From the NCBI GenBank assembly GCA_937949615.1, contig CALEDQ010000004.1:326326-390325 (forward strand): 64,000 nt of DNA, written 5' to 3'. How positions within the stretch are numbered: position 1 is the stretch's first letter; each line of letters begins with the position of its first letter. Position numbers and translations under genes: made by a program. Of the stretch, positions 11,293 to 21,515 are shown piece after piece. This stretch comes from an uncultured bacterium (lineage in GTDB: Bacteria > Muiribacteriota > Ozemobacteria > Ozemobacterales > Ozemobacteraceae). Under the pieces are notes generated by a model. It saw only the letters and a list, made by a program, of their open reading frames with translations, was not told where the DNA came from and did not search any database.

Positions 11293-12027
11293 TTACTCGG
11301 CTTTCTTGCGTTCAAGCACCAGGGCATTGGCCGCCAGCATGAACACGATCACCGAAACAAAATATACCAGGTCACGACTGTCGATCAGGCCACGCTGAAA
11401 GCCCTGATAATGCGTAAAGAAACTGAAGGCCGAGATTGCGTCAGAAAGCCAGACCGGCAGATAGCGGTTCAAAAAGTCGGTAAAGACACCAACGCCGAGC
11501 ATCAGCATTGAAAAGCAGGCAACGACCGAAATTACGAAGCTGATAACCTGATTTTTGGTCATCGCCGAAAACAGGCAGGTTACTGCAAGAAAAGCGCCTG
11601 ACAGCATAAATGACCCGAGATATGAACTGAAAATGATGCCGTAATCAGGGCTGCCAAGGTAAGCGACCGTAAGCACCATCGGGAAAGTCAGAACCAGCGC
11701 GATGCCGATAAACAGCCAGGCAGCGACAAATTTGCCGGCCAGGGCTTCCCACAGGGTGATTGGCAGAGTGAACAGCAGTTCAATTGTGCCGCTTTTGCGT
11801 TCTTCAGACCAGAGACGCATACCGACCGCCGGCACCAGAAACAGATACAGCCAGGGGTGCCAGATAAAAAACGGTTCAAGGGTGGCAATGCGGTTTTCGA
11901 AAAATCTTGAAATGAAGAAAGTGCAGCCAGAGGTTGCCAGCAGGAAAATTACGATAAAAACATAAGCGACCGGCGACTCGAAATAACTTTTGAGTTCGCG
12001 TTTCAGCACAGCTTTGAAGTTTCTCAT
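11293..12027 (-). CDS. ABC-2 family transporter permease (GldF-like)
   Basis: Six predicted TM helices; motif SEERKSGTIELLFTLPIT. Stop overlaps the ATPase start (ATGA). Confidence 0.75.
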   Translation of the reverse strand: MRNFKAVLKRELKSYFESPVAYVFIVIFLLATSGCTFFISRFFENRIATLEPFFIWHPWLYLFLVPAVGMRLWSEERKSGTIELLFTLPITLWEALAGKFVAAWLFIGIALVLTFPMVLTVAYLGSPDYGIIFSSYLGSFMLSGAFLAVTCLFSAMTKNQVISFVISVVACFSMLMLGVGVFTDFLNRYLPVWLSDAISAFSFFTHYQGFQRGLIDSRDLVYFVSVIVFMLAANALVLERKKAE

Positions 12028-12995
12028 CTGGCAACGCCCCCTTTCGTCAGGTTATAGAAAACTTCGTTCAGATCGCCCTTTTCGACGGTGAAGCCGTCGA
12101 CCTGCCAGTTTTTCTGATGTATGAAGCTTGCGGTTTCGTGGGCAATCGATTTGCCGCTCATCGGGAAAAGGCGCATTTTAATGACCTTTTTGCCGTTCTT
12201 TTCTGAACCGCCCTCTTCGGAAGGTGTCAGGTCAGTTACGCGATCGACGAACTGCACCTTTTCGAGGCCAGCCAGGGCATCTCTGGCATCGACGCCGATC
12301 AGCTCGAGAGTGATGGCGCCGTGCAGTTTCGAACGGCTGCGCAATTCTTCAGGGCTGCCGTCGGCGACGATTTTTCCCTCACCGATGATGATGGCACGGC
12401 TGCAGACCGCTTCGACTTCTTCGAGAATATGGGTCGAGAGAATGATGCACTTTTCGCGGCCCATCTGCTTGATAAGATTGCGCACTTCCTGTTTCTGATT
12501 GGGGTCGAGGCCATCGGTGGGTTCGTCGAGAATCAGGTATTCTGGGTCATGCAGAAAGGCCTGGGCGAACCCAACACGCTGCCTGAAACCCTTCGACAGG
12601 GTGTCGATCTGCTGATAGGCAACCTCCTTGAGGTTGCATGTTTCCATGATCTTCTTGACCCGGCTCAGGCGTTCGTCGCCGTCATAGCCCCGCACTTCGG
12701 CCGCGAACATGAGAAAGTCGAAAACGTTCATGTCGCGATAAGATGGCGAAGATTCCGGCAGATAGCCAATTTTCGCGCGCGCTTCGAGCGGCTGGTTGAT
12801 CACATCGAAGCCACCGACGGTTGCCGTACCCGATGTGGGTGGCAGAAACGTGGTAATCATTTTCATGGTTGTCGATTTGCCCGCGCCGTTTGGCCCGAGA
12901 AAGCCAAGGATTTCGCCCTTGTCGACCGTGAATGATATGTTGTCTACGGCCTTTATCGAGCCAAAATGCCGGGTCAATGACTGTACCGCAATCAT
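12024..12995 (-). CDS. ABC transporter ATP-binding protein (GldA-like)
   Basis: Walker A GPNGAGKST. ABC signature LSKGFRQR. Walker B ILDEPTDGLD. Confidence 0.85.
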   Translation of the reverse strand: MIAVQSLTRHFGSIKAVDNISFTVDKGEILGFLGPNGAGKSTTMKMITTFLPPTSGTATVGGFDVINQPLEARAKIGYLPESSPSYRDMNVFDFLMFAAEVRGYDGDERLSRVKKIMETCNLKEVAYQQIDTLSKGFRQRVGFAQAFLHDPEYLILDEPTDGLDPNQKQEVRNLIKQMGREKCIILSTHILEEVEAVCSRAIIIGEGKIVADGSPEELRSRSKLHGAITLELIGVDARDALAGLEKVQFVDRVTDLTPSEEGGSEKNGKKVIKMRLFPMSGKSIAHETASFIHQKNWQVDGFTVEKGDLNEVFYNLTKGGVAR

Positions 12996-13232
12996 GGCAA
13001 AACCTCCTTACATTCTTTCTGAAAATCTCTTGACCCGAAAGAATTAAAAAGGTTTCAACTTTTTTAAAAAATTTTGCTTTCGGGCACTCAGACCGGCAGT
13101 AATAACCTTTTTCACTACCCCGTCGGCCAATTATACAGACCAGCATTACAAAAAGCAGAGACAATCCCGAGGAGCTTTAATTTTTTTTCGTGACAGGTTA
13201 AAATCAGGTCAATATACAACAGCGAGGCCGAC

Positions 13233-14390
13233 ATGGAAGCACCGACAGCAGCACACCCGTTCATCGTCAAAGACTGCGGTTTCGGGGTAATGGAATTCAT
13301 CAACACCGACCCCCTGATCGACGGTTCACACAGGTCGATCGGCGCGCTCAACATTCTGGCGCGCAAATTCAAGGGCGTGGTTTTCACGCTGCAACCACAA
13401 TGCCGACTGACACCAGACGTTGGCCCTCAGTTGAAGCTGATCTCTGAAAAAACGATTCTTAAAATGGCCTACCAGAACGAAGGGCAGGTGCCGTTCGCCC
13501 ACGACTTCGCCGAAGCGTTCGCTGCCCCTGACGATGCGGTCTGCAGCATCAAAAGTGCCATCGTCATCGAAAAGGTAATCAAGGATTTCGCTGATGTTAC
13601 GCCTTTCAGAACCTCGGCGCTGAACATTCTCGACATGCTCAAGCAGCCTGATATATCGTTCGATAAAATTCAGAAAGGCATCATTGATGAGCCGCTGCTG
13701 ATCGCCCGTATTCTACAGGTCGCTAATTCAGCATTCTACATGCGCCGCAACCCGGTCGACAACATCGAGAATGCGCTGGCATATCTCGGCCTTGAAGGTA
13801 TCAGACAGGTTCTCGTGCAGCTGATTTTTCAGAGTCTGGCGACCAAATATTTTGCGCACCAGAAAGACAAACTGATTCATGGCGAATGCTGCGCGCATCT
13901 TGCCGTCAAAATGGCCGAAAGAAAAACCAAAGATCTCATGACTCTCGGAAAAATAAGAGTCGCAGCTCTGCTGCACGATGTCGGTTCTCTGGCACTACAG
14001 TTCTGCTATCTTGACGAATACGCAAAGGCTGTTACAAAAGCCGTTTCTGAGAAACTGAATATTCTTGTCACAGAAAAAGAGATATTCGGTACAACCCACT
14101 GTGACGTCGGCGCCCGCCTGGCTACCGAATGGAAACTACCTGACTACGTTAAAACCTGTGCTTCAGATCACCACAGCATCGCCTCAGGGCCTTTCGACAA
14201 AATCGTTCGGCCGGTTATCTGCGCCAATGCCTTTCTCAATACGGCGATCGACAAGCTGCCGGGCCTTGATTTCTCACCGCTGGCCAAAGAATTCTCGGTT
14301 ACGCCAAATATCTCTGATAACGAGGCAAGAATGGAACTTCTCGCCTTCTTTACCGAAACCATGAAGTCTTTCACACCAGAATCGGCCTGA
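13233..14390 (+). CDS. HDOD domain-containing signalling protein
   Basis: ILDMLKQPDISF...LLHDVGSLAL...HCDVGARLATEWKLPD...ASDHH matches the HDOD (HD-related output) pattern. Confidence 0.7.
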   Translation: MEAPTAAHPFIVKDCGFGVMEFINTDPLIDGSHRSIGALNILARKFKGVVFTLQPQCRLTPDVGPQLKLISEKTILKMAYQNEGQVPFAHDFAEAFAAPDDAVCSIKSAIVIEKVIKDFADVTPFRTSALNILDMLKQPDISFDKIQKGIIDEPLLIARILQVANSAFYMRRNPVDNIENALAYLGLEGIRQVLVQLIFQSLATKYFAHQKDKLIHGECCAHLAVKMAERKTKDLMTLGKIRVAALLHDVGSLALQFCYLDEYAKAVTKAVSEKLNILVTEKEIFGTTHCDVGARLATEWKLPDYVKTCASDHHSIASGPFDKIVRPVICANAFLNTAIDKLPGLDFSPLAKEFSVTPNISDNEARMELLAFFTETMKSFTPESA

Positions 14391-14529
14391 AAAGCCATTC
14401 TATTTCGGGTAAGAATTCCTCTTCAAGCCTCTGTTCAAGAGACATACAGCAGATTGACTTCATAATCAGACAATGCTAGCTTTGTGTACCCTTTTCAAGG
14501 GAAAGTCAGGATGTTGATAAGGATCATAT

Positions 14530-15105
14530 ATGAAGAAAATTCTTGCTGCCCTCGCTCTTTTTTGCGTGCTTTTCACTGGCTATGCCTTTGCTGCCGTTGA
14601 AGAATTCACTTTTCCCGATGGAAAAGTTGATCTCGTATGCCCGGATGGCTGGAAACATGAAATGACTGACGAAGCCATCCGCATGGCTTCACCCGATGAC
14701 GCCGTACAGTTTGTTTTCGAAGTTCTCGATGTTAAAGATCTTGAAGCTGGCCTTGAAAAAGCCAAAACCGAAATCGATAAAGCCATCGGCGCCACCACTT
14801 TTGGTGAACCAGTTGAAGAAAAAATCAACGAAATGTCAGCCCTCACCTTTCAAGGCACCTGTGCCGAAAAAGGCCTTGAAGTAATGGTTTCGGTAATCGT
14901 TACTCCGGCCGAAAACGCCCTCTGTGTATATTATTTCGCCGCTAAAGCAGCTGAAGAAAAGCATGCCGCCGGCATCGCCGAAGTAATCAAGGGCATCAAA
15001 CCCGCCGTTCCTGAAACCGCTGCCCCGGCCACAGCTCCAGCCGCCGCTCCGGCCGCCACCGAAGAGACTGAAGATGAAGAAGAAGCTGCCGGCGACGAAG
15101 AATAA
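14530..15105 (+). CDS. Small secreted protein with an acidic Ala/Pro/Glu-rich tail
   Basis: Signal peptide MKKILAALALFCVLFTGYAFA. The C-terminus is low-complexity. Confidence 0.55.
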   Translation: MKKILAALALFCVLFTGYAFAAVEEFTFPDGKVDLVCPDGWKHEMTDEAIRMASPDDAVQFVFEVLDVKDLEAGLEKAKTEIDKAIGATTFGEPVEEKINEMSALTFQGTCAEKGLEVMVSVIVTPAENALCVYYFAAKAAEEKHAAGIAEVIKGIKPAVPETAAPATAPAAAPAATEETEDEEEAAGDEE

Positions 15106-15130
15106 TTGAGTATTTTTTCAAGATGTTAAT

Positions 15131-15162
15131 GCAGGTGTCTGCCCACGGGCAGACACCTTTTT
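15131..15162 (+). terminator. Rho-independent terminator
   Basis: GGTGTCTGCCC-acg-GGCAGACACC followed by TTTTTT. Confidence 0.8.
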
Positions 15163-15184
15163 TATCAATCACAGGAGAATCAAT

Positions 15185-16627
15185 ATCAGCAAGCATCTTT
15201 TAGCCATTCTCACCATTATCTTTATCTTCTGCTCAATTGAGGCAGGTTTTTCTCAGGACGGACTGAACGCTAAATCAGAAAAGGCTGCCGCCTCTCTGAC
15301 TGCAAAAGCAGCCGGCCTCTCGGGCAAAACTCAGCTTCGCCCGGCTGAACCCGGCCAAAAAGCCTCTGGCTGGACAAAGAAGCTGATTGACCAGGGTGTT
15401 TCAGATACTCCCGAAAATACCGATGCAGACGATTCTGCCCTGTCGGATTCAGACGAAAACAGCTCAGATGAAAGTGCGATTACAGAAGAGACAGAAGAAT
15501 CAGAAGAAAGCAAAGAGGCTGTCGAAGAAGAAAGTGAACCTGAATCAGAAGAGTCGACTGTGCAGAAGCCGGCAATGAACCTCGCCGCTCCGGGCGACTG
15601 GGAACCTTTTATAGAAATGGACGACAACTTTTTTCCATCATTTCTGATTTCCACGTCCATCATTAAACTCGATGCGCCTGAAACGCCCGATCCAACAATC
15701 CATGGCGATCAGAACGGTCTGGTCGGTATTGGCATAAGAAACCCCGCACAAGGCACCCATGTCCGCCTGACAATCAGCGAAAATCTCATAATGAAAGCTG
15801 CCACAATCGAAGCCACTCTGGAAAAAGCCGACGAGATCTACTTTCTCTGCCCGCAGATCAGCTTTAAATATGATGTTCTATTAAAACAGAGACAGCCTCT
15901 CCCGCTGAGCATCGATTTCACACTTTCAGTGGATGGCAAAGAACCTGCCACCAGGGTTAAAACAGCTCTCATCAGATCGATAAACGATTGCCCGACTTTC
16001 TATACCAGCCTTGCCGACGAATCCTGGGCCGACATCAGCTTTCTGTTCGCTGCCTATGTCAATGAAAGCCACCCGATGATCGACGTAATTCTCAAGGAAG
16101 CGTTGAAAACAAAGGTTGTCGACAGCTTCACCGGCTATCAATCCGGCGATGGTGATGAAGTTATCAAGCAGGTATATGCAATCTGGAAAGCACTTCAGAA
16201 GCGTGGCATAAAATACAGTTCCATCACCACACCGTCAGCACATTCTGAAGTGGTGTTTTCGCAGAATGTTCGATTCATTGAAGAATCTCTTAACAATATT
16301 CAGGCGAATTGCGTTGATGGCAGCGTTCTTATCGCTTCAGTGCTTTACAAAATCGGCATTAATCCATTCCTGGTCATCGTTCCCGGGCACATGTATCTGG
16401 GTTTTTACCTTGATGACAAGGCAGAATCTTACTGTTGTCTTGAAACCACGATGCTTTCAGCCGGCAAAGGCGAAGATTTCTTCGTCGAAACCCTTCAGGA
16501 AACCATGCAGGATTTTCAGAAACACGAAAAGAAATTCATTGCCGACGACGATCCAGACTACCAGATCATCGACATCGACGAAGCCCGGAAGCTTGGTATC
16601 GTTCCAATTGCTTTCAGCAGCCATTGA
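15185..16627 (+). CDS. Secreted acidic-linker protein with a C-terminal transglutaminase-like (Cys/His) domain. The start is uncertain; the first ATG in frame is at 15560
   Basis: Frame is open from 15110. SD AGGAGA at 15173-15178 is followed by a signal-peptide-like stretch (KHLLAILTIIFIFCSIEAGFS) and an acidic S/E/D linker, with no ATG/GTG/TTG. The C-terminal NCVDGSVLIASVLYKIGINPFLVIVPGHMYLGF resembles the transglutaminase-like Cys...His core. Confidence 0.45.
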   Translation: MSKHLLAILTIIFIFCSIEAGFSQDGLNAKSEKAAASLTAKAAGLSGKTQLRPAEPGQKASGWTKKLIDQGVSDTPENTDADDSALSDSDENSSDESAITEETEESEESKEAVEEESEPESEESTVQKPAMNLAAPGDWEPFIEMDDNFFPSFLISTSIIKLDAPETPDPTIHGDQNGLVGIGIRNPAQGTHVRLTISENLIMKAATIEATLEKADEIYFLCPQISFKYDVLLKQRQPLPLSIDFTLSVDGKEPATRVKTALIRSINDCPTFYTSLADESWADISFLFAAYVNESHPMIDVILKEALKTKVVDSFTGYQSGDGDEVIKQVYAIWKALQKRGIKYSSITTPSAHSEVVFSQNVRFIEESLNNIQANCVDGSVLIASVLYKIGINPFLVIVPGHMYLGFYLDDKAESYCCLETTMLSAGKGEDFFVETLQETMQDFQKHEKKFIADDDPDYQIIDIDEARKLGIVPIAFSSH

Positions 16628-16693
16628 CCGTTCACTCAGTGGCGGCACGAAAAGTTCGAGCGGTCCAACAGAGACAGGAACAAAGCCCTGAAT

Positions 16694-17821
16694 TCAGCTG
16701 CGCTTGTGTGAAAAAACGGAGCAGGCTTTCTGTGACTGCAGAACCCATTCATTGTCTTCGCGCTTGCTGGCGACTTCTGAAAGAGCTGCAAGTATCTGCT
16801 GCTCAAGAGGAGAGGCAACGCAGAGTATGCCGTATTCACACGGAACACTGCGGCCTTTTTTGTCGCCGGCAAGGTGAATGGCTCTGAGACGCGCGATAGT
16901 CGCTCCCTCGGCCCCCGACTTCATTGCGGCATGCACAAAAGCATCGCCCTCTCCCTCATGGCAGAGGAAACCGATTTCACGGTGCGTATATACCGGCTGA
17001 CCTGAGTTGTCGTAGTTTGATTCCATGCCGAAAAAGCGTTTGCGCCAGGCCGTACCTTTCTTGAGATCATCAATTGCAGCGATGATCTGCTCGATACTCG
17101 CCGCATGTTCCTGGCGGCCAATTCTGATCAGCGGGTCAACAATACCAGCCCGGACCGGGGTCTGATAGAGAAAACCGCCACCCGGCCGGTCAAGATGTCC
17201 CTCTTCGATCAGCAGTCGCTGCAGGCCATCGGCATCATGCGATGGCACCATCAGACAGACCAGTTCTTTTTCCGGCGAAATAGTTATGCGCAAAAGCCCA
17301 AGCCGGTCGCGAATCCCGGTTCCGATGCCGAGACTGACGACAGGTACACCGACGCCAAGTTTCAGAGCAACTCTGAAAAGATTGGCACCACTGCCAGACT
17401 TCGACTGAATACCGGTTATAAGCGACAGATCCTTGAGCAATCGAAGGTCTTCAACATCTTCGCATCTTATTTCTGAACTATCCAGGCGGGTAATTTCGGT
17501 GAGGTCCTGCGCAAAAACCGCCCCGCGACCAGGAATATGCAGATCGAGTTCTTTTATCAGCCGGCAGAGCACCGTATCAGTCGCCGCAACCGGAACGGTA
17601 ACCCGAAAAATCTCGGTTGCCACGTTACTGAATTCCAGACCCAGGCCCGGAATTCCGAGAAAGCTGGTATTGACCTTCTGCCTGACACAGCGGGAATTCT
17701 CGGCAAAAAGAGTTCTGACACCGAGCCCGGCGAATATCTCGATGATTTTTCCGCTCAGCCCCTGATGCGCGATAAGAGTGATTCGCGAAACTTCTCGCGA
17801 AATAGCCGTCAGATCATTCAT
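16694..17821 (-). CDS. Protein built from three tandem P-II-like (GlnB/DUF190-type) domains
   Basis: Three ~115-aa internal repeats (ITLIAHQGLSGKIIEIF..., LSLITGIQSKSGSGANLFRVAL..., FLCHEGEGDAFVHAAMKSGA...). Start overlaps the upstream DUF1538 gene. Confidence 0.5.
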   Translation of the reverse strand: MNDLTAISREVSRITLIAHQGLSGKIIEIFAGLGVRTLFAENSRCVRQKVNTSFLGIPGLGLEFSNVATEIFRVTVPVAATDTVLCRLIKELDLHIPGRGAVFAQDLTEITRLDSSEIRCEDVEDLRLLKDLSLITGIQSKSGSGANLFRVALKLGVGVPVVSLGIGTGIRDRLGLLRITISPEKELVCLMVPSHDADGLQRLLIEEGHLDRPGGGFLYQTPVRAGIVDPLIRIGRQEHAASIEQIIAAIDDLKKGTAWRKRFFGMESNYDNSGQPVYTHREIGFLCHEGEGDAFVHAAMKSGAEGATIARLRAIHLAGDKKGRSVPCEYGILCVASPLEQQILAALSEVASKREDNEWVLQSQKACSVFSHKRS

Positions 17822-19891
17822 CGCTGTTCACCTCCGCCTGCGCCTGAAGAAGCTGACGCTGGCGCATCTGCACGGAAATACCGTAGATCAGCATCGTCAG
17901 AATCGGAAACACTGATGCCATTGCCACGATGCCAAAGCCATCGACGACATTCAGCTCACCGCCGATTCCCAGGCCCATCGCAAGCACCAGTGGCACAGTA
18001 ATCGGACCGGTCGTGACACCGCCTGAATCCCAGGCGATACCGGCAAAATCGTCTTCGCTGAAATAGGTCAGGATCGTCACGATCAGGTATACGGGCAGCA
18101 GCAGCCAGACCACTGGAATCGAATAGAGAATTCTGGCAACCCCAACCACAAGCCCGACGCCAACTCCGAGCGAAACAGTGCGTATAACTCCGCTTTTTTT
18201 AACGGTCCCGACCGTCAGATCTTCAATCGTCGCGCCAAGAGCGCTCAATGCCGGTTCTGCAACCGTCGAGCCATAACCCATGCCGAAGGCAAAAATAAAG
18301 ACGAGCGCGATGCCAATCATTGTCAGTTCTGGCCCAAACAAAGGCGGGCGCTCGACGATATGCTCGTAACGACGGGATTTTTGATCGTATCTGGTCGTAT
18401 CAAAAGGCACGGGATGCGGGATGCCCTTGCGGTCCTGCAGATAAAAGAACCGGCTTACAGTGCCATGCTGAGAAAATGAGGTCAACACCGAGCTCATGTC
18501 GAATGGCTCAAGGATGATGCGCCCTTCCTCATGTGTTTCACTTCTGAAAACCTGCGGCAGCGGGCGACCGACCTGATCGCCGAGCGGGCCGAGCCCGAGT
18601 CTGATCCCGCTGGTAAGAATGCCCATGCCGGCCAGTGCAAACAGAATGCCCAGTAAAACTTCGTCGGTGCGCCGCGGCTTATCACGCAAAATAACTACAA
18701 GAACGAACACCAGCAGAATGACCAGTGGCACTACGGCTCTGAATGCCAGTTTCGCCTCATTTTTAACCACCTCGACACTGTCGAGGGCGACAACATTCGC
18801 AACCGTCGGGCGACCAGACAGTTCAAGAGCGACTATGGCTTTTTCACTATCTGAAGCGCGTCTGGCAAGCCAGTCGTTCAGCGCAAGCGCGCCCAGCAGA
18901 GAAACACGTCGTTGCTTGTCGGCAAGCACCCGCAGCGAAGTCTCGTAGGCAAGCTGATTGCCATAAAACGACCGCCGGGCTGTTTCGTCACCGCGTTGAA
19001 AGGCGATGGCTTCAAGGTCCTTTTCGCTTTTCACCAGCTTCATAGCATTGACACGATTGCCCGGTGAAAAGAACTCGGCGGCAGAAACAGGTTTGGGCGT
19101 GGTCGAGTTCAACCAGGCACCCATGCATAGAACGCCAATGACCGGGAAAAGCGAAGCGAGAGCAACGATGCCGAAGCCGGATGCCGTGCCTTCATGTTTG
19201 CCTGCCGAGCGACTGACCCCGATGCCCATGGCAAGAACCAGAGGAACGGTTACCGGGCCGGTCGTGACGCCACCGGTGTCCCAGGCAAGATTGAGAATGT
19301 GCCGCAGGTTCTCATCGCGTGAAAAGACGGCGGTCATCGCAAGCAGCACCGGCACCAGAAAATATATGAAGGGCTTGATCGAAACACCCCAATAGAAGCG
19401 AACCATACCGAAAGCGACCGCAAAGCCAACTCCGGCACCGACAGACATGACCAGCTTGTCGGTTTCGACTTCAAGCAGACGGTAAAGCAGCGGCGTTTCC
19501 CAGGGCGTAACGGTTATGCCGGCAAGCCTGAGAGCCGCAATGGCAGGCTCGGCCAGCGTGGCGCTGACTCCGAGCAGTAGACCGAACCCCATAATCACTG
19601 CAATATTGCATCGCTGCGGCAACTGCAGCCCCACTCTTTCCCCGAGCGGCATCAGGCCAAGAAACAGCCCTTCCAGAAAAAAGGCCAGACCCAGCACCAC
19701 CATTCCGACGCCGGCGGAAATCTGCAGTGCGTTGGTCGGCGGCGTATTGAGCACGACGATTTTGAAGGCAACCAGATAGAGAATGATGAAAGCGACCGAT
19801 TTGATCTGCTCATAAATCCGCACTTTGGCGTAATTCCAGATCATCGAGGCCGCAACCCGGAAAGGAATGTGAATTCGATCTGGCAATGCCA
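17814..19891 (-). CDS. Integral membrane protein with duplicated DUF1538 domains (putative transporter). Alternative upstream start at 19979
   Basis: Two homologous halves, each with multiple TM helices and a WDTGGVTTGP(V/I)TVPLVLAMG(I/L)G motif. Typical DUF1538 / P-II-partner gene context. Confidence 0.6.
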
Positions 19892-20247
19892 TAACTCCCC
19901 CGATTGAATTTAAGTGACTTAAGCATACCAACAGCCGCGCGCAGGCAGAAAAAAATGATATACATCTGCCGGGATGCACTTATATTAGCCCGTCTCAGGC
20001 TTCTTGTCAAACCAGCGGGAAAATATCCGGAGCAATGAAATTCTTTCAGATTCGCGTTCGGCGACCGGGATGACGCGAAATATCCAGGACTTGGCAATAT
20101 CGGATAATCATGCTTAAATTAAAGATGAAGACCATGATGCCAGGCACCGCAAAAACGATGGCAGCCTGCTGCAGGCAAAGCTGCGACTGACCATGAATGC
20201 AACCGCGCACCCCAGAAATATTCAATTGCCTTATCAGGGAGGCTAAA

Positions 20248-21474
20248 ATGCCAGAATCACGTTTTACAGGCACCGGCCTGCGACTGCTGCTATCAATAGT
20301 CCTTCTGCTTTTCACCATGCCGGCTGTCATGGCAGAACAGGCAACAATGGGTCTGAGCCCTGAACGGATCGAAGAAATAAAACAGAAAGTCGAACCCGTC
20401 CTGGAGGGCAAGCCTGTCACCGACATACCAGAAGAAGATCGGGCACAGCTGTTTCTCGCCGAAGGGCTTTTCCCGGAATCTTTCGAGCTTTTCTATCGCC
20501 ACGCCGAATACCTTGCGCTCGAAAAGCGCAGCTTCACCGAAGCGATACCCAGACTGAAAAAGGCTCTCGAAATCAGACCCAAAGATCTTGCCACCCTCGA
20601 ACTTCTCGCAACCTGCTGTAAAGAACTGAAAGAGACCGCCGAAGAAGTATCCTGCTGGGAAACCATTCGCCACCTCATCGAAAATGACGATTCAGAAGCA
20701 ACCCGCGAACTGCGTGAACGGGTCACCCTCAACCTCGGCCGCATGGCGGCCGAAAACGAGATGGTCATGCGCCAGGGGCACCGTTTCATCATTTACACGC
20801 CGGTCAGCAGCGATTACTTTCATGTCGACAAGGAACTGACTGACGAGCGGCTCGAAGAGGTTTTTGCGCAGATAACCGGCGATCTTGAGTGTTTTCCGGC
20901 TTTCAGAACCTCGATCATCGTTCTCGACCCGATCAAATTCAACGAAGTGAAGCCAACCTCGTGGGCCGGCGGCTTTGCGCAGGGTGGCAGATCGATGACT
21001 CTCAAAACCGAGAGTTTCCCGCAGACCGACCCGGAATCACGACTGCCGGCCAGAAAAATTCTGCTGCACGAATTCACCCACAACCTTGTCGCGATTGCCG
21101 CCGATGGTCGTTGCCCGACCTGGCTCAACGAGGGCCTGGCGGTTTTTGCCGAGAACAAAGACGACAGTTTCACCGAGTTCAAGCCGCAGATCCCTTCACC
21201 AGACAGCCTGATGACTCTCGAACAGCTCGAAAAGGAATTTGCCGACATCAGACTGCTCGATGGCGGGCCGCGGGTGCATGCCGCTTACAATCTGGCCGGA
21301 CTTTATGCACGATTTCTGATTCAGAATCACACAATGACCGCGCCGCGGCTGATTCTCAACGAACTTAAAAACCGAGAATCTTTCGAAAATGCCCTGCAAC
21401 AGGTCTGCACTCTCACGGTCAACGAGTTCGAGCAAAGGTTCCGCAACTGGGTACACGAACTGGCGAATCAGTAA
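20248..21474 (+). CDS. Secreted TPR-containing putative zinc metallopeptidase (HExxH...E)
   Basis: SD GGGAGG 6 nt before the ATG. Signal peptide MPESRF...LLLFTMPAVMA. Motif LLHEFTHNLV...NEGLAVFAE is a gluzincin-like HExxH+E. Confidence 0.6.
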   Translation: MPESRFTGTGLRLLLSIVLLLFTMPAVMAEQATMGLSPERIEEIKQKVEPVLEGKPVTDIPEEDRAQLFLAEGLFPESFELFYRHAEYLALEKRSFTEAIPRLKKALEIRPKDLATLELLATCCKELKETAEEVSCWETIRHLIENDDSEATRELRERVTLNLGRMAAENEMVMRQGHRFIIYTPVSSDYFHVDKELTDERLEEVFAQITGDLECFPAFRTSIIVLDPIKFNEVKPTSWAGGFAQGGRSMTLKTESFPQTDPESRLPARKILLHEFTHNLVAIAADGRCPTWLNEGLAVFAENKDDSFTEFKPQIPSPDSLMTLEQLEKEFADIRLLDGGPRVHAAYNLAGLYARFLIQNHTMTAPRLILNELKNRESFENALQQVCTLTVNEFEQRFRNWVHELANQ

Positions 21475-21515
21475 CTCTGCAGATCGCTTGCGTCGCCCGC
21501 ACCGTATCGCTATAA

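Noticed and set aside
20293-21248. Several 120-160-aa ORFs on both strands
   Set aside because: They overlap the secreted HExxH metalloprotease-like gene and show no independent signal.
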